A stretch of 49,548 nucleotides of DNA from Candidatus Undinarchaeales archaeon (GTDB taxonomy: Archaea > SpSt-1190 > JASMDC01). Position numbers and translations under genes: made by a program. Position 1 is the first letter of the stretch. Every line of letters begins with the position of its first letter. The stretch lies in the NCBI GenBank assembly GCA_030753015.1, contig JASMDC010000026.1:1-49548 (forward strand), read 5' to 3'. The notes beneath the pieces were generated by a model, which was not told the DNA's origin, did not search any database, and worked only from the letters and a program-made list of their open reading frames with translations. Positions 28,401-36,588 of the stretch are shown here, in pieces.

Positions 28401-28957
28401 CGTTCCTAAACATCAAGAAGGTCGCCTGGACGGACGCTGACGGGAGCCTGCTGGAGCGTGTGTTCGAGGGGAGACTTGTACAACCGGAAGTGACTGTCGT
28501 CAATCCGCTCGCGATGAGGTTCCGCGGGACAGTGGAGGTCATCGTGAAGGACGAATCAGATGTGAAGCTCGTTACCGGACGTATGACGCTCACGCTGGAA
28601 AAGGGACATTCGGCCGTCATCAAGTTACCGTCGTTCACGACCGATGTCGCCGAGATAATCGCGCTCGGTGAAGGAGAGACGACGGTGCAGAAGGCCAACA
28701 AGCGGTACCATGTCTACGTCAATGCAACTGATGACGAGCTCTCCTGGCTGGATCTGGAGGACACGGTCTTCGTGCTCGACTCACTTGTCCTCTCGGATAT
28801 GGATAAGGTCGATGTATCGGCCACGAGCGAGTTCCAGGACTGTAAACTTAGGGTGACGTGCACGAACTGCAACGTCGGTTGCGAGATCAAGGTACGGGAA
28901 TGCCGGCCGGTGTTCAACCTGTGCCGCTGTTATCAGTGCTCTTACTCGAACGATTGA
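22457..28957 (+). CDS. Giant secreted Cys-rich repeat protein, paralog 1 (2166 aa)
   Basis: GGAGGTGA SD at 22442-22449 and a signal peptide ending SAQA|GLIP. Then ~15 8-Cys repeats, a helical core domain, a poly-Glu linker, six CC repeats, three Ig/CARDB-like domains and an 8-Cys C-terminus. Confidence 0.92.
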   Translation: MLKRPHGQKKYALVFLLLFIISTSAQAGLIPISDKYAGGAKNMCKTCIQCVDTEGEEQKSCLMGCLKAGVDLLLGPLCNKMCKDSKICNGLCGNCIPCAFEKGDAAEKCLVKCVGEALIIGPICGNVCNQTVSQDWMNGAEKCEGACTECASCVFEEGGEAQEKCALNCVVKNILLNPLCGKACSKAGGDPKDWEIKESDSADEKAKKKEAAKEGAKDVGACEKICSTAIECAPCAFKTTGRDKAMCGVSCVVGNFLCEKSCRKICDDPKQYPTEAEKAEEKKDDKDGKKKPKMKDCTSNCLDICGTCSQCANQKTEAGLKECMIRECLGKKLISALCSNLFVGPMVQKCLECGTCAMEPEENRAACLKDCVGRQPLAFDICETVSCDPICSGQRTEECRQKCGGSSTCIDVCIQDCKVECLDLCHACGKCGFESTKEAMHECTIRYCIRPFMMTPICEDYCSEVVKGLRPENCKAICMTCEDAIFSVDCVTRKSQVRPLLVQCMFRDVCDERCDEHFESVQEADECKGNCDKCKHCANEDDYNVQKQCMEDCFGSLSVKAECSGLCVEWGVTAGDATLRCRSLCAACVRCDGETDPAKKKICLRNCTMTQMEDYFGERCDSVCQDQDDKPTCRDKCMKCDSCPFEGDGQNITTCILNKCVDSISVARPICEDVCANEQNKAGCIQGCVKCPSCVDLDTRRKRLDCFTECVAPDILGSQCDSLCVDRPNATGCKQRCRNCHLCMDKTGQSRGECLERCADRGQLRSSCEGHCETAKDLIYCQSACMTCPQCDKLEGTELDSCIQECTGIITRQMLFDTCDDLCASYNDPERCKAACDECTDCDMGAGQYECLQDCVDKTDSGLDFSDKEKERREKLKKGLLSGVCDLMFGNIWDMFSCDLVCAMGGPCPIPDQRYLLKCPETAQENLYLYYSDLITYFENVAEFYANMEAALDAILLGTVGMCGMCNYQLAMISGAYSTCSGVWNPTPFGAATIPWNEWMCDIAGVTNCQSQVCLPGGKVSTCPQLCSYGVCHYNTLTGTIAPGTPFCCAPCTAGCCMSSWISVPSVTSHVNPPGMKACHSFLHEADDSCTMDGLWWRKVVDAPALRNPCYVTIKITELRNYVHTLRAEIIPDIIMQIRALRANARRCTVRVTCSSNIKIYLDLLEEIWDRANHVDGWDTKKFEDETNKFTLAMKDYMADIGSGGGGFSFSGDAKAWTNFKNGISVTASAYMDITSGGSFEKYIVWVPDYSPALCLVPTGAATSAGTTAASSVIDKVKKKAKDGATDAVKSTFGVKQMQAISEYHTKLLTMSMTSVFAGESGAPGVTCNLGFPAQCFPSFPIAWHLVEGQNLGEDLVFNFPVLPKCGVEAFGKAMPGDAFWHSQECFLYRSSSSDLGSMGEEEEEPWEEEEEEEEEEWEEEEEVWGEEEEEIDEEEEIDCYGLADLTPCYNDRGICCNEVCVPGADECITTEEECIAKIDGETCWDGDALCCFETCIPNATTCGTGSAECYGLRDRTPCSAGLCCNQQCIADALACSGTTPDCLGKIDQMSCADGEGICCREACIPGADSCAVVLGCEEGLDGVACAGGTCCDTYCVQGATSCGAYLDECVDAEDLTLCTGNGLCCRERCIPSATSCGGSVHPPVPDEIAATCGKACEEDYASPYYCHPTEGMCACRTETGPRFIEEILCTPRVSRRMVRNLMRCCERHELDEMDICYSTQSETGFCCQGAFYEVPIDLSCIDDAPVMEIASIAWEADGREVLSRVAGEPVNLTVVLRNTGKTLENGDLSFRIDASDERLVEEDRHGITVVGDSVERFIHPVIPERRLAGTALDGRALLGYLNLQVSSNYTRLYLLDDDTIDVTEGHIEKEGLRSDYVLAGDTVTGVASVVSTRDEPVVVILSVSLMADGTEIAGTRRSELITLEAGATVTIGSMQHVIGAIDVAKELGILVEVIGQAGEVIQYKRLDEDVYNDAVRTVLSPFLNIKKVAWTDADGSLLERVFEGRLVQPEVTVVNPLAMRFRGTVEVIVKDESDVKLVTGRMTLTLEKGHSAVIKLPSFTTDVAEIIALGEGETTVQKANKRYHVYVNATDDELSWLDLEDTVFVLDSLVLSDMDKVDVSATSEFQDCKLRVTCTNCNVGCEIKVRECRPVFNLCRCYQCSYSND
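22586..25021 (+). repeat. About 15 degenerate in-frame repeats, C-x3-C-xn-C-x3-C-x2-C-x2-C-x8/11-C-x3-C (paralog 1)
   Basis: Counted by eye in the translation, e.g. CDSLCVDRPNATGCKQRCRNCHLCMDKTGQSRGECLERC. Confidence 0.85.
26657..26767 (+). repeat. GAR-codon poly-Glu tract (paralog 1)
   Basis: EEEEEPWEEEEEEEEEEWEEEEEVWGEEEEEIDEEEE. Confidence 0.9.
26774..27367 (+). repeat. Six ~33-aa 6-Cys repeats, C....D...C...G.CC...C[IV]PGA..C (paralog 1; paralog 2 copies at ~33080-33673)
   Basis: Read directly from the translation. Confidence 0.85.
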
Positions 28958-28966
28958 GGTCAGGCC

Positions 28967-31900
28967 ATGGTACATCGACCTGTCGTCGGTGTGGTCGTTG
29001 TCATGCTCATTCTAACGGCGGCGACCGCGGGCCTCATCCCAATGTCACAGAAGGCATCAGCGAGCGCAAAGAACCTGTGCAAGACGTGCATCGACTGCGT
29101 CGGTACCGAAGGGGAGGAGCAGAACGCCTGTCTCATGAACTGCCTGCAGGAAGGTGTCATGACGTTCCTTGGCCCCCTGTGCCAGAAGATATGCAAGGAC
29201 AGCCAGATGTGCTCGAACCTGTGCGGCAAGTGCGTACCCTGCGCTTTCGAGAAGGGCGAGGGTGCGGAGAAATGCCTCATCAAATGCGTTGGCGAATCGG
29301 TCATTCTCGGACCGCTCTGCGGTGAGCTTTGCTCGTCAGTGACCGCGCAGTCATGGATGAAGGACGCTGATAAGTGCACAGGTAAGTGCACGGAGTGTGC
29401 CTCTTGCGTTTTCGAGGACAGCGCGGACGCTCGCAAGGAGTGCGCCCTGACCTGTGTTGTGGAGGACCTGATCCTGGGCCCTCTGTGCGAGAAGGCCTGC
29501 TCAAAAGCAAAGGATGCGGCCGGGTGCACGGAAACCTGCCTGAAGGTCGCGGACTGTGCGGAATGCGCGTTCAAGGACACTGACAAGGAAAAGGAGCTGT
29601 GCGCTCTCGCATGCGTCGGGGTCAACTTCGTGTTCGATGTCGTGTGCGAGAAGGCCTGCAACAAGACCGACAATCCCGGTAACTGCACAGCGACCTGCAT
29701 GAAGATCGCCAAGGACTGTGCCCCCTGCGCAATGAAGCCCACCCCGGACACTCGCGAGGAGTGCCTGATCAGGACGTGCGTCGGATTCGAGATCATCGGC
29801 CCCCTGTGCGAGAACCTCTTCGTCGGCGACATGATTGAAAAGTGCAAGGAATGCGGAGCGTGCGCAAGGGAACCGGAGGAGAACCGCGATGCCTGCGTAA
29901 AGGAATGCGTTGGCAGGCAGCCGGAGGCTTTCGACGTGTGCGAACAGGTCAGCTGCGATCCCATATGCGGTGGCCAGCGTACTGCCGCGTGCAGGGAGCA
30001 ATGCGGTAGCGATACTGCCTGTATCGAGAGTTGCAAGCAATCGTGCATGGACGAATGCAAGCAGCTATGCGGTAGCTGTGGACAGTGCGGGTACGAGAAG
30101 AGCCGTGAGGCAATGCATGAGTGCACCATCAAGTATTGCGTCCAGCCGTTCATGATGACACCCATATGTGAGGATTTCTGTAGCAACTCGATTATGGGTC
30201 TCCAGCCACAGGAATGCGTGGCCATATGCAACTCGTGCGAGGAATGTACAATGTCCGTGGACTGCGTCACAGGTACCGCTCAGGTCGAGCCATGCCTAAA
30301 GGAATGCATGTTCGAGGATGCATGTTCAAGTAACTGCGACCGTATGTACAGCTCGTCAAAGAACGTCGATGACTGCAAGAAGAACTGCCAGAGCTGTAAG
30401 CACTGCGCCAATGAGGACAATGTCACGATGCAGCCTTGCCTCATGGAGTGCTTTGATTCACTCGACGTGAAGGAAGAATGCTCGGGTCTCTGCCAGCTGT
30501 GGGGTGTCGCGAGCGGTGATAGTATGACACGATGCCGCTCATTGTGCTCGTCGTGTATCAAATGCGATGGCTTACCCGGAGAGGCAAAGATAGGGTGCCT
30601 ACGCAACTGCACGATGGGACAGATGGAGGACTACTTCGGCGACCAATGTGACAGTATATGCAGGGACCAGAACGACACTGCGTCGTGTCGCCAGAAATGC
30701 ATGCATTGCGACAGCTGCGTGTTCGAGGGAGATGGTCAGAACATGACCTCCTGTATCCTCGATAAATGCATCCCTCCATTGGACGTGGCTAAACCCATAT
30801 GTGATGAGATATGCTCCAACGAGCCCGACGTCGATGCATGTGTCGCGTCCTGTCTGGCGAAACCGGAGTGCGTACACCTCGACACGCGACGCAAGCGTCA
30901 GGACTGTTACACTGAACACGTCGCGCCCGCTCAGCTGGGGCCCTCGTGCGACCAGCTCTGCGAGGAGCTACCGGAACCCGACAAGTGCAAACGTCGGTGC
31001 CGGAGCTGTAATCTCTGCATGAACGACCGGGGCACTAATCGTGATGGATGCCTGGAGCGATGCGCCGACCGGGGGCGAAGAGGTGACTCGTGCGAGGACC
31101 ATTGCGCTTCGGCAAAGAATCCTCGGACATGCAGGAGCGCCTGCATGACATGTCCGATGTGCGACCGGCTCGAAGGGGAGGCACTACAGTCGTGCATCGC
31201 TGAGTGCACGGGAGAGGTCACGGCCCAGATGACGTTCGACATGTGCGACGATCTTTGTTCGACATACAACGATTTCGACCGTTGCATGGCAGCATGTGGT
31301 GACTGCGATCAATGTTCGATGGGGCCCGATCAGTACGGGTGTCTGGAAGAGTGCGTTGATGCCACCGATCCCGGCCTCGACTTCTCTGCCAAGGAGAAGG
31401 AGAAGAAGGAGAAGGCAAAGAAGGCTCTCCTCTCGGGCATGTGCGACCTCGCGTTCGGCAACTTCTGGGATGCGTTCTCCTGCGATCTGGTATGCTCCAT
31501 GGGAGGCGTGTGCCCCATCGTGGATGAGCGGTACCTTCTCAAGTGTCCGCCAATGGCGCAGGAGAACCTCTACCTCTACTACAGCGACCTCATCACCTAC
31601 TTCGAGAACGTGGCCCTGTTCTACGAGAACATGGAGAAGGCCCTGGACGGTATCATGTTGGGAACGGTGGGCCTGTGCGCCATGTGCAATTACGAGCTAA
31701 TTAATCTCCAAGCCACCTACGGCACCTGTTCGGGTATCTGGAATCCCACACCGTGGGGTGCGGCGACAATCCCCTGGAACGAGTGGATGTGCGACGTCTC
31801 CGGCATGATCAGTTGCCAACCACGTATCTGTTCGACGGTACCAGGTGTCAACCGGTGCCCGCAGCTCTGCTCCACGGCCACGTGTCACCACACGATAGCG

Positions 31901-34900
31901 CCGTACATATGCTGTTGTGGATGGCCGGGCTGCTGCCCCAGCTATTTTGCGACACCATCCACGACGCTCCATGTAAATCCTACGGCTATGAAGACCTGTC
32001 ATCGGTTCGTCCATGAGACCGATGACGCGTGTACCATGGAGGGCCTGTGGTGGCGAGGGGTCGTGGAGGCACCCGCTCTGCGCAATCCGTGCCATGTTGT
32101 GACCAAGATAGCTGAGCTCAAGAACTACGTCCACAAGTTCCGGACCGAGATCCTCCCCGACATCATCGTACAGTTGCGTGCCATGCGTGCCAACGCCCGC
32201 CGCTGCACCGTACGCGTCTCCTGCTCGTCCAACATCAAGATCTATCTCGATCTCCTCGAGGAGATATGGGACCGGGCCAACCACATAGATGGCTGGGATA
32301 CAGAGAAGTTCGAGTTCGAGACCAACAAGTTCACCCTTGCCATGCAGGACTTTAACGAAGACATCAACTCAGGCGGTTCAGGATTCGGCTTCGACTTCTC
32401 AGGCGGCGCCGGTTGGACCAACTTCAAGACCGGTCTCAGTGTGGGTGCTTCGGCCTACTTTGATAATATGCAGGGGAAGAATCCCGAGAAGTACCTTGTA
32501 TGGGTACCGGACTACAATCCCCCATATTGTGTCCCCGGTGCCACTGGCGTTGCGACGACCGCAGCCACGACTGTAGCGGTGGACAAGGTCGTCGATAAGC
32601 TGAAGAAGACCTTAAAAGAAAAGATGATGGAGGCAGTGAAGGAGACCTTCGGTGTCAGACAGATCGCGACGCTCGTTGCTTACCATACAGAGCTCATCGC
32701 AATTTCCCTGACCAACTCGTTCGCCGGTGTGGCAGGCGTCCCAGGGCCGTGGTGCACCGGAGGTTTTCCCATGACGTGCATAGACGCCTTCCCAATACGC
32801 TGGCACCTGGTCGAGGGTTCGAACCTCGGGGAGGACCTTGTGTTCAAAATGCCAGTCATCCCCAGCTGCGGAGTGGAGGCCTTCGCGAAGTCGATGCCCG
32901 GTGACGCCTTCTGGCACTACAACGAGTGCCTGCTCTACCAGGGCCATACGCCCGATCCTACGGGCGGAGATGAGGAGGAACTGGAAGAGGAACTCGAGGA
33001 AGAGGAAGAGGTAGAAGAGGAGGAGCTTGAGGAAGAGGAATGGGAAGAGGAGGAAGAAGAGTTCGAGGAAGAGGTCGACTGCTCTGACAAGGAGGACCTG
33101 GAACCTTGTTTCGAGGGTGATGGTCTCTGCTGCAACGGTGAATGCATACCTGGGGCCGAGGCATGTACCACGGAAGGTGAAGAGGAGTGCGCCGGGGCCG
33201 AGGAGGAGGCCGCTTGTGGCGGCGGAAAGGGCATTTGCTGCTTCGGGGCCTGTGTCCCCGGGGCGAGCGGATGTGGTGAGGAAGAGGATGAGTGCGCAGG
33301 TGAGAATGCAGGTGCGCCCTGTGATGGTGGTAAGTGCTGTGAAGGCCGATGCGTACCAGGGGCCACCGGTTGCAGTGGAACAGCGGACTGTATCAAGAGG
33401 CCAGATGGTGCATCCTGTGTAAACGGTACAGGCATGTGTTGCGAACAGAACTGTATCCCGGGTGCTGAAGCATGCGCCGTAGCACCCGAGTGCCAGCCCG
33501 GGTACGATGGGCTACCCTGTGCGGACGGGACATGCTGCGATGGCGTGTGCGTACCGGGAGCATTATCATGTGGCGGGTACTCGCATGAGTGTGTGGAAGG
33601 GGGCGACCTCTCGGTCTGCTCGGGTGACGGTCTCTGTTGTAGGGAACGGTGCCTCCCCGGAGCGACATCCTGTGGTGGAAGACCGGGCGGAGAGCTCCCC
33701 ACCGATATCGCGGAGGTCTGCACGAGAGCCTGCGATGAAGCCAGCGGGGGCGATCATTACTGCCATCCCACCGAACGTATGTGCACCTGTCGTACAACGA
33801 GAGGACCGGTGTACGTCGCAGAGATACCTTGCGCTCCGCGTGTCTCCGAACGTTTGGTAGCAGGACTGCGAAGGTGTTGCGAGAGCAAAGGGATGGAAGA
33901 GGTAGACGAGTGTTACAACGAGGAAAGCGAGACCGGCTTCTGCTGTCAGGGAGCGTTCACGGAAGTGCCCATTGAGATCGAGTGCGTAAAGGACGCACCG
34001 GTCGTGGAGATCGCCTCTCTTGCCTGGATGTACGGGAACAGGCAGGTCCTCTCTATGGTGGCCGGTACGACCGTTAATCTTACCGCCGTCCTCAGGAACA
34101 CCGGCAAGCGTCTCGAGGACGGTGACCTATCGTTCCGTATCGACGCTGAAGGGGAACGACATCTCTCACGCGATGAGCATCACATAGCGATCAGTGGATC
34201 GAGCGTACGTCGTGTGGGCCTTCCGATCGAGCTGGAGCCACGGCTCGCGGGTGGATCGCTCACGGCGCTCGCGATCCTTGGATACCTCAACGTCCAAGTG
34301 TCGTCCGAGCCCATACGCCTCTATGTCCTTGCCGAGGACACCGTGGACGTGGCCGATGGCTACTTCGAGTCGTCGGGTGAGCGTGATTATTACGTACTTG
34401 CCGGTGATGTGGTGGCCGCCGCTGCAGCAGTGACATCCTCGAAGAACGAGTCGATCGAAGCGGTCATCGAGGTGGTCATGACCGCTAATGGTACGGAACT
34501 GGAAGCGACAAGGACCAAAAAGGCCACGACGTTGGAGCGTAGCGCGACCGTTACCGTCAGAACTCCGACCCGGTTCATCGGTGAGGGGAACGTGGGGACA
34601 GAGCTTGGTATGATCGTACGGGTAGAGGGTATCGGGGGAGAGGTCCTCCAGTACAAACGGCTTGAGGTCGATATCTATCCTGATGCAGTGAAGATCGTCA
34701 GCTCGCCATATCTCTTCCTGCGTGATGTCGCCTGGCGGGACGATGGAGGAAGAAGGATGGAACGGACCTATGAGGGCGTCCAGACGAAGGCCGAGGTGAC
34801 GTTGCACAATCCGCTCGCTATATCTTTCGACGGTACGGTGACGGTCGAGGTCGTGGACGGTCAAGGGAATATCGTGGCGACTGGGAGCCGTCACGCGGTC

Positions 34901-35266
34901 ATCGATATGGACGCTTCGGCCATCGTCCAGACAGTACCGTTCACCGCAACCCTCACAGAGGCCTTTGCCGTTGGACCCGATGGTTCGGCAGTCCTCAAGA
35001 AGGAGGACAGCGTGTACCGCGTCAGGGTGACCGCCAGGACCGATGCCATAACCTGGGCGGACATCGACGACCATGTGTTCGTGCTCGAGACGCGTGCCCT
35101 CGGCGAGGGCGGGACCTCGGATGTCATGGCCTCGAGCGAGTTCGAGGGTTGTAGCCTCAGCGTCAGCTGCACCGCGTGCACCGAGGGATGTGAGATCACG
35201 ATCAAGGACTGCGAGCCGGTCCTCAACCTTTGCAAATGTGTGGAGTGCACATTCTCGAGAGGATGA
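28967..35266 (+). CDS. Giant secreted Cys-rich repeat protein, paralog 2 (2099 aa)
   Basis: GAGGT SD at 28956-28960 and a signal peptide ending ATA|GLIP. Collinear with paralog 1 throughout, with repeats at ~29078-31354 and poly-Glu at 32972-33073. Confidence 0.92.
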   Translation: MVHRPVVGVVVVMLILTAATAGLIPMSQKASASAKNLCKTCIDCVGTEGEEQNACLMNCLQEGVMTFLGPLCQKICKDSQMCSNLCGKCVPCAFEKGEGAEKCLIKCVGESVILGPLCGELCSSVTAQSWMKDADKCTGKCTECASCVFEDSADARKECALTCVVEDLILGPLCEKACSKAKDAAGCTETCLKVADCAECAFKDTDKEKELCALACVGVNFVFDVVCEKACNKTDNPGNCTATCMKIAKDCAPCAMKPTPDTREECLIRTCVGFEIIGPLCENLFVGDMIEKCKECGACAREPEENRDACVKECVGRQPEAFDVCEQVSCDPICGGQRTAACREQCGSDTACIESCKQSCMDECKQLCGSCGQCGYEKSREAMHECTIKYCVQPFMMTPICEDFCSNSIMGLQPQECVAICNSCEECTMSVDCVTGTAQVEPCLKECMFEDACSSNCDRMYSSSKNVDDCKKNCQSCKHCANEDNVTMQPCLMECFDSLDVKEECSGLCQLWGVASGDSMTRCRSLCSSCIKCDGLPGEAKIGCLRNCTMGQMEDYFGDQCDSICRDQNDTASCRQKCMHCDSCVFEGDGQNMTSCILDKCIPPLDVAKPICDEICSNEPDVDACVASCLAKPECVHLDTRRKRQDCYTEHVAPAQLGPSCDQLCEELPEPDKCKRRCRSCNLCMNDRGTNRDGCLERCADRGRRGDSCEDHCASAKNPRTCRSACMTCPMCDRLEGEALQSCIAECTGEVTAQMTFDMCDDLCSTYNDFDRCMAACGDCDQCSMGPDQYGCLEECVDATDPGLDFSAKEKEKKEKAKKALLSGMCDLAFGNFWDAFSCDLVCSMGGVCPIVDERYLLKCPPMAQENLYLYYSDLITYFENVALFYENMEKALDGIMLGTVGLCAMCNYELINLQATYGTCSGIWNPTPWGAATIPWNEWMCDVSGMISCQPRICSTVPGVNRCPQLCSTATCHHTIAPYICCCGWPGCCPSYFATPSTTLHVNPTAMKTCHRFVHETDDACTMEGLWWRGVVEAPALRNPCHVVTKIAELKNYVHKFRTEILPDIIVQLRAMRANARRCTVRVSCSSNIKIYLDLLEEIWDRANHIDGWDTEKFEFETNKFTLAMQDFNEDINSGGSGFGFDFSGGAGWTNFKTGLSVGASAYFDNMQGKNPEKYLVWVPDYNPPYCVPGATGVATTAATTVAVDKVVDKLKKTLKEKMMEAVKETFGVRQIATLVAYHTELIAISLTNSFAGVAGVPGPWCTGGFPMTCIDAFPIRWHLVEGSNLGEDLVFKMPVIPSCGVEAFAKSMPGDAFWHYNECLLYQGHTPDPTGGDEEELEEELEEEEEVEEEELEEEEWEEEEEEFEEEVDCSDKEDLEPCFEGDGLCCNGECIPGAEACTTEGEEECAGAEEEAACGGGKGICCFGACVPGASGCGEEEDECAGENAGAPCDGGKCCEGRCVPGATGCSGTADCIKRPDGASCVNGTGMCCEQNCIPGAEACAVAPECQPGYDGLPCADGTCCDGVCVPGALSCGGYSHECVEGGDLSVCSGDGLCCRERCLPGATSCGGRPGGELPTDIAEVCTRACDEASGGDHYCHPTERMCTCRTTRGPVYVAEIPCAPRVSERLVAGLRRCCESKGMEEVDECYNEESETGFCCQGAFTEVPIEIECVKDAPVVEIASLAWMYGNRQVLSMVAGTTVNLTAVLRNTGKRLEDGDLSFRIDAEGERHLSRDEHHIAISGSSVRRVGLPIELEPRLAGGSLTALAILGYLNVQVSSEPIRLYVLAEDTVDVADGYFESSGERDYYVLAGDVVAAAAAVTSSKNESIEAVIEVVMTANGTELEATRTKKATTLERSATVTVRTPTRFIGEGNVGTELGMIVRVEGIGGEVLQYKRLEVDIYPDAVKIVSSPYLFLRDVAWRDDGGRRMERTYEGVQTKAEVTLHNPLAISFDGTVTVEVVDGQGNIVATGSRHAVIDMDASAIVQTVPFTATLTEAFAVGPDGSAVLKKEDSVYRVRVTARTDAITWADIDDHVFVLETRALGEGGTSDVMASSEFEGCSLSVSCTACTEGCEITIKDCEPVLNLCKCVECTFSRG

Positions 35267-35565
35267 TGGTGAGTACTGCTAACGATTCAATTCGTCGCCG
35301 AACGGGAAGGTGGGCGATTATCGGATTGTTATCGCTCATCATCATGATGAACACAGGACTCGCGGGCCTCATACCCTTGAGCGGGCAGTGGTCCGGAGCT
35401 GCCAAGGGCATGTGCAAGAGCTGCATCCAGTGCGCTAACATGGAGGGTGAGGAGCAGAAGGCCTGCCTCATGGAATGCCTGCGTGCGGGCGTCGGTTATC
35501 TCCTTGGTCCTCTCTGCGTCCTCATCGTCCTCGATCACGGGCTCCCGGTCGAAGCATGGTCCTGA
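35263..35565 (+). pseudogene. Truncated third paralog of the giant Cys-rich proteins (homology ends at ~35517)
   Basis: ATGA overlap with paralog 2. Signal peptide plus GLIPLSGQWSGAAKGMCKSCIQC...EGEEQKACLMECLRAGVGYLLGPLC matches both paralogs, then 15 unrelated residues and a stop. Confidence 0.85.
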
Positions 35566-36588
35566 TGTATACTGTTCACAATGCCCTTTCCAGTCGCCCC
35601 CTCCCGTCAGACCGACACCTTCGGTCCTCTTAGGCCCCTCTCCCCGTCCGATGTCCGTGTACACGCTCGGATCGGCCAAGGTGGCGATGACAGCGCGCAT
35701 TTCGGTCTGGAAGCTGGTGATGTCGTAGTCGTCGGTGGTGAACGACGCACCGATCGTGGACTCGAGCCTCTGAAGGTCCTCTTCGATGCGCTCTGGTGTC
35801 AATCCGCTAGCCGTGGCCTCGCGCACCCGTCCGGCCATGTCGTCCATGGTATCGGCGAGCTCGGGGAGGAGAGGGACCACGGTCCCCGCAAGGTAACCGT
35901 TTAGCTCTTCCACCGTCTGGGCAAGCTCGCATACGTTGGCATTCTTGCCGAAGGTGCATACATCGTTGATCGCATGTACCATCCGGGAGCATTCCAGCAC
36001 TTTCACAGGGGCCGGAAGGCTCTTGTCATGGGAATCGCAATCATGTCCCTTGCGTTCGGGGATGTTTTCGCAGAGGACGCATGAAGAGCTACTACCACTG
36101 CAACTGGCCTGTGCAGCGATTCCGCAGACTTTAGGGTCCACGATACTGGTCGGTGCTAGTTCAAGACCGCTCCCGCAATGAGGATAATCTGCCGAGATGA
36201 ACTCATCCCTTACCTGGTTGCATACATCACACTGTATCCGCAAGGCCTGGGTAAGAAGCCCCAGGTCTTCGCTCAAAGCACCGTAGAATGAATCCGCCCG
36301 CTCGTAGAACGCTTTACCCTCTTCGAGATAGTGCACGATGTTGATGTATGGTCGGGCCGAGCAGTCCATGAGCGCAGCGTTAAGGGGAACAGCAGTTTCA
36401 TTGATGATCACTCCCCCTCTGACGGAGAAGGGCATCTGACAAGCGCTACCGGTCATGTAATCGATGGGCATTGGCGAGGGTGTCGGGGTGGCCGGGCCCT
36501 CTTCACTGCACGTGAGCGATGTGATAACGAGAATACTGAGCAACAGGACCAGAGCATGATGCCTTGTCACGCCTAATCTCAAGTCCAT
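35512..36588 (-). pseudogene. Secreted (possibly lipoprotein) diverged homolog of the giant-protein core domain, 3'-truncated; the ORF runs on to 35329 through the antisense of paralog 3
   Basis: GGTGA SD before ATG 36588, TTATTAA box near 36659-36665 and a hydrophobic leader ending ITSLTC. It aligns by eye to the core domain of paralogs 1 and 2, and the last ~60 codons are antisense to paralog 3. Confidence 0.7.

Noticed and set aside
22457-35266. Multiheme cytochrome, polyferredoxin or metallothionein interpretation of the giant proteins
   Set aside because: There is no recurring CxxCH and no CxxCxxCxxxCP ferredoxin spacing. Sec-type signal peptides and paired Cys loss favour disulfides.
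22457-35565. Diversity-generating retroelement acting on the paralogs
   Set aside because: There is no reverse transcriptase in the window, and differences between paralogs are mostly third-position changes and indels rather than adenine-specific.
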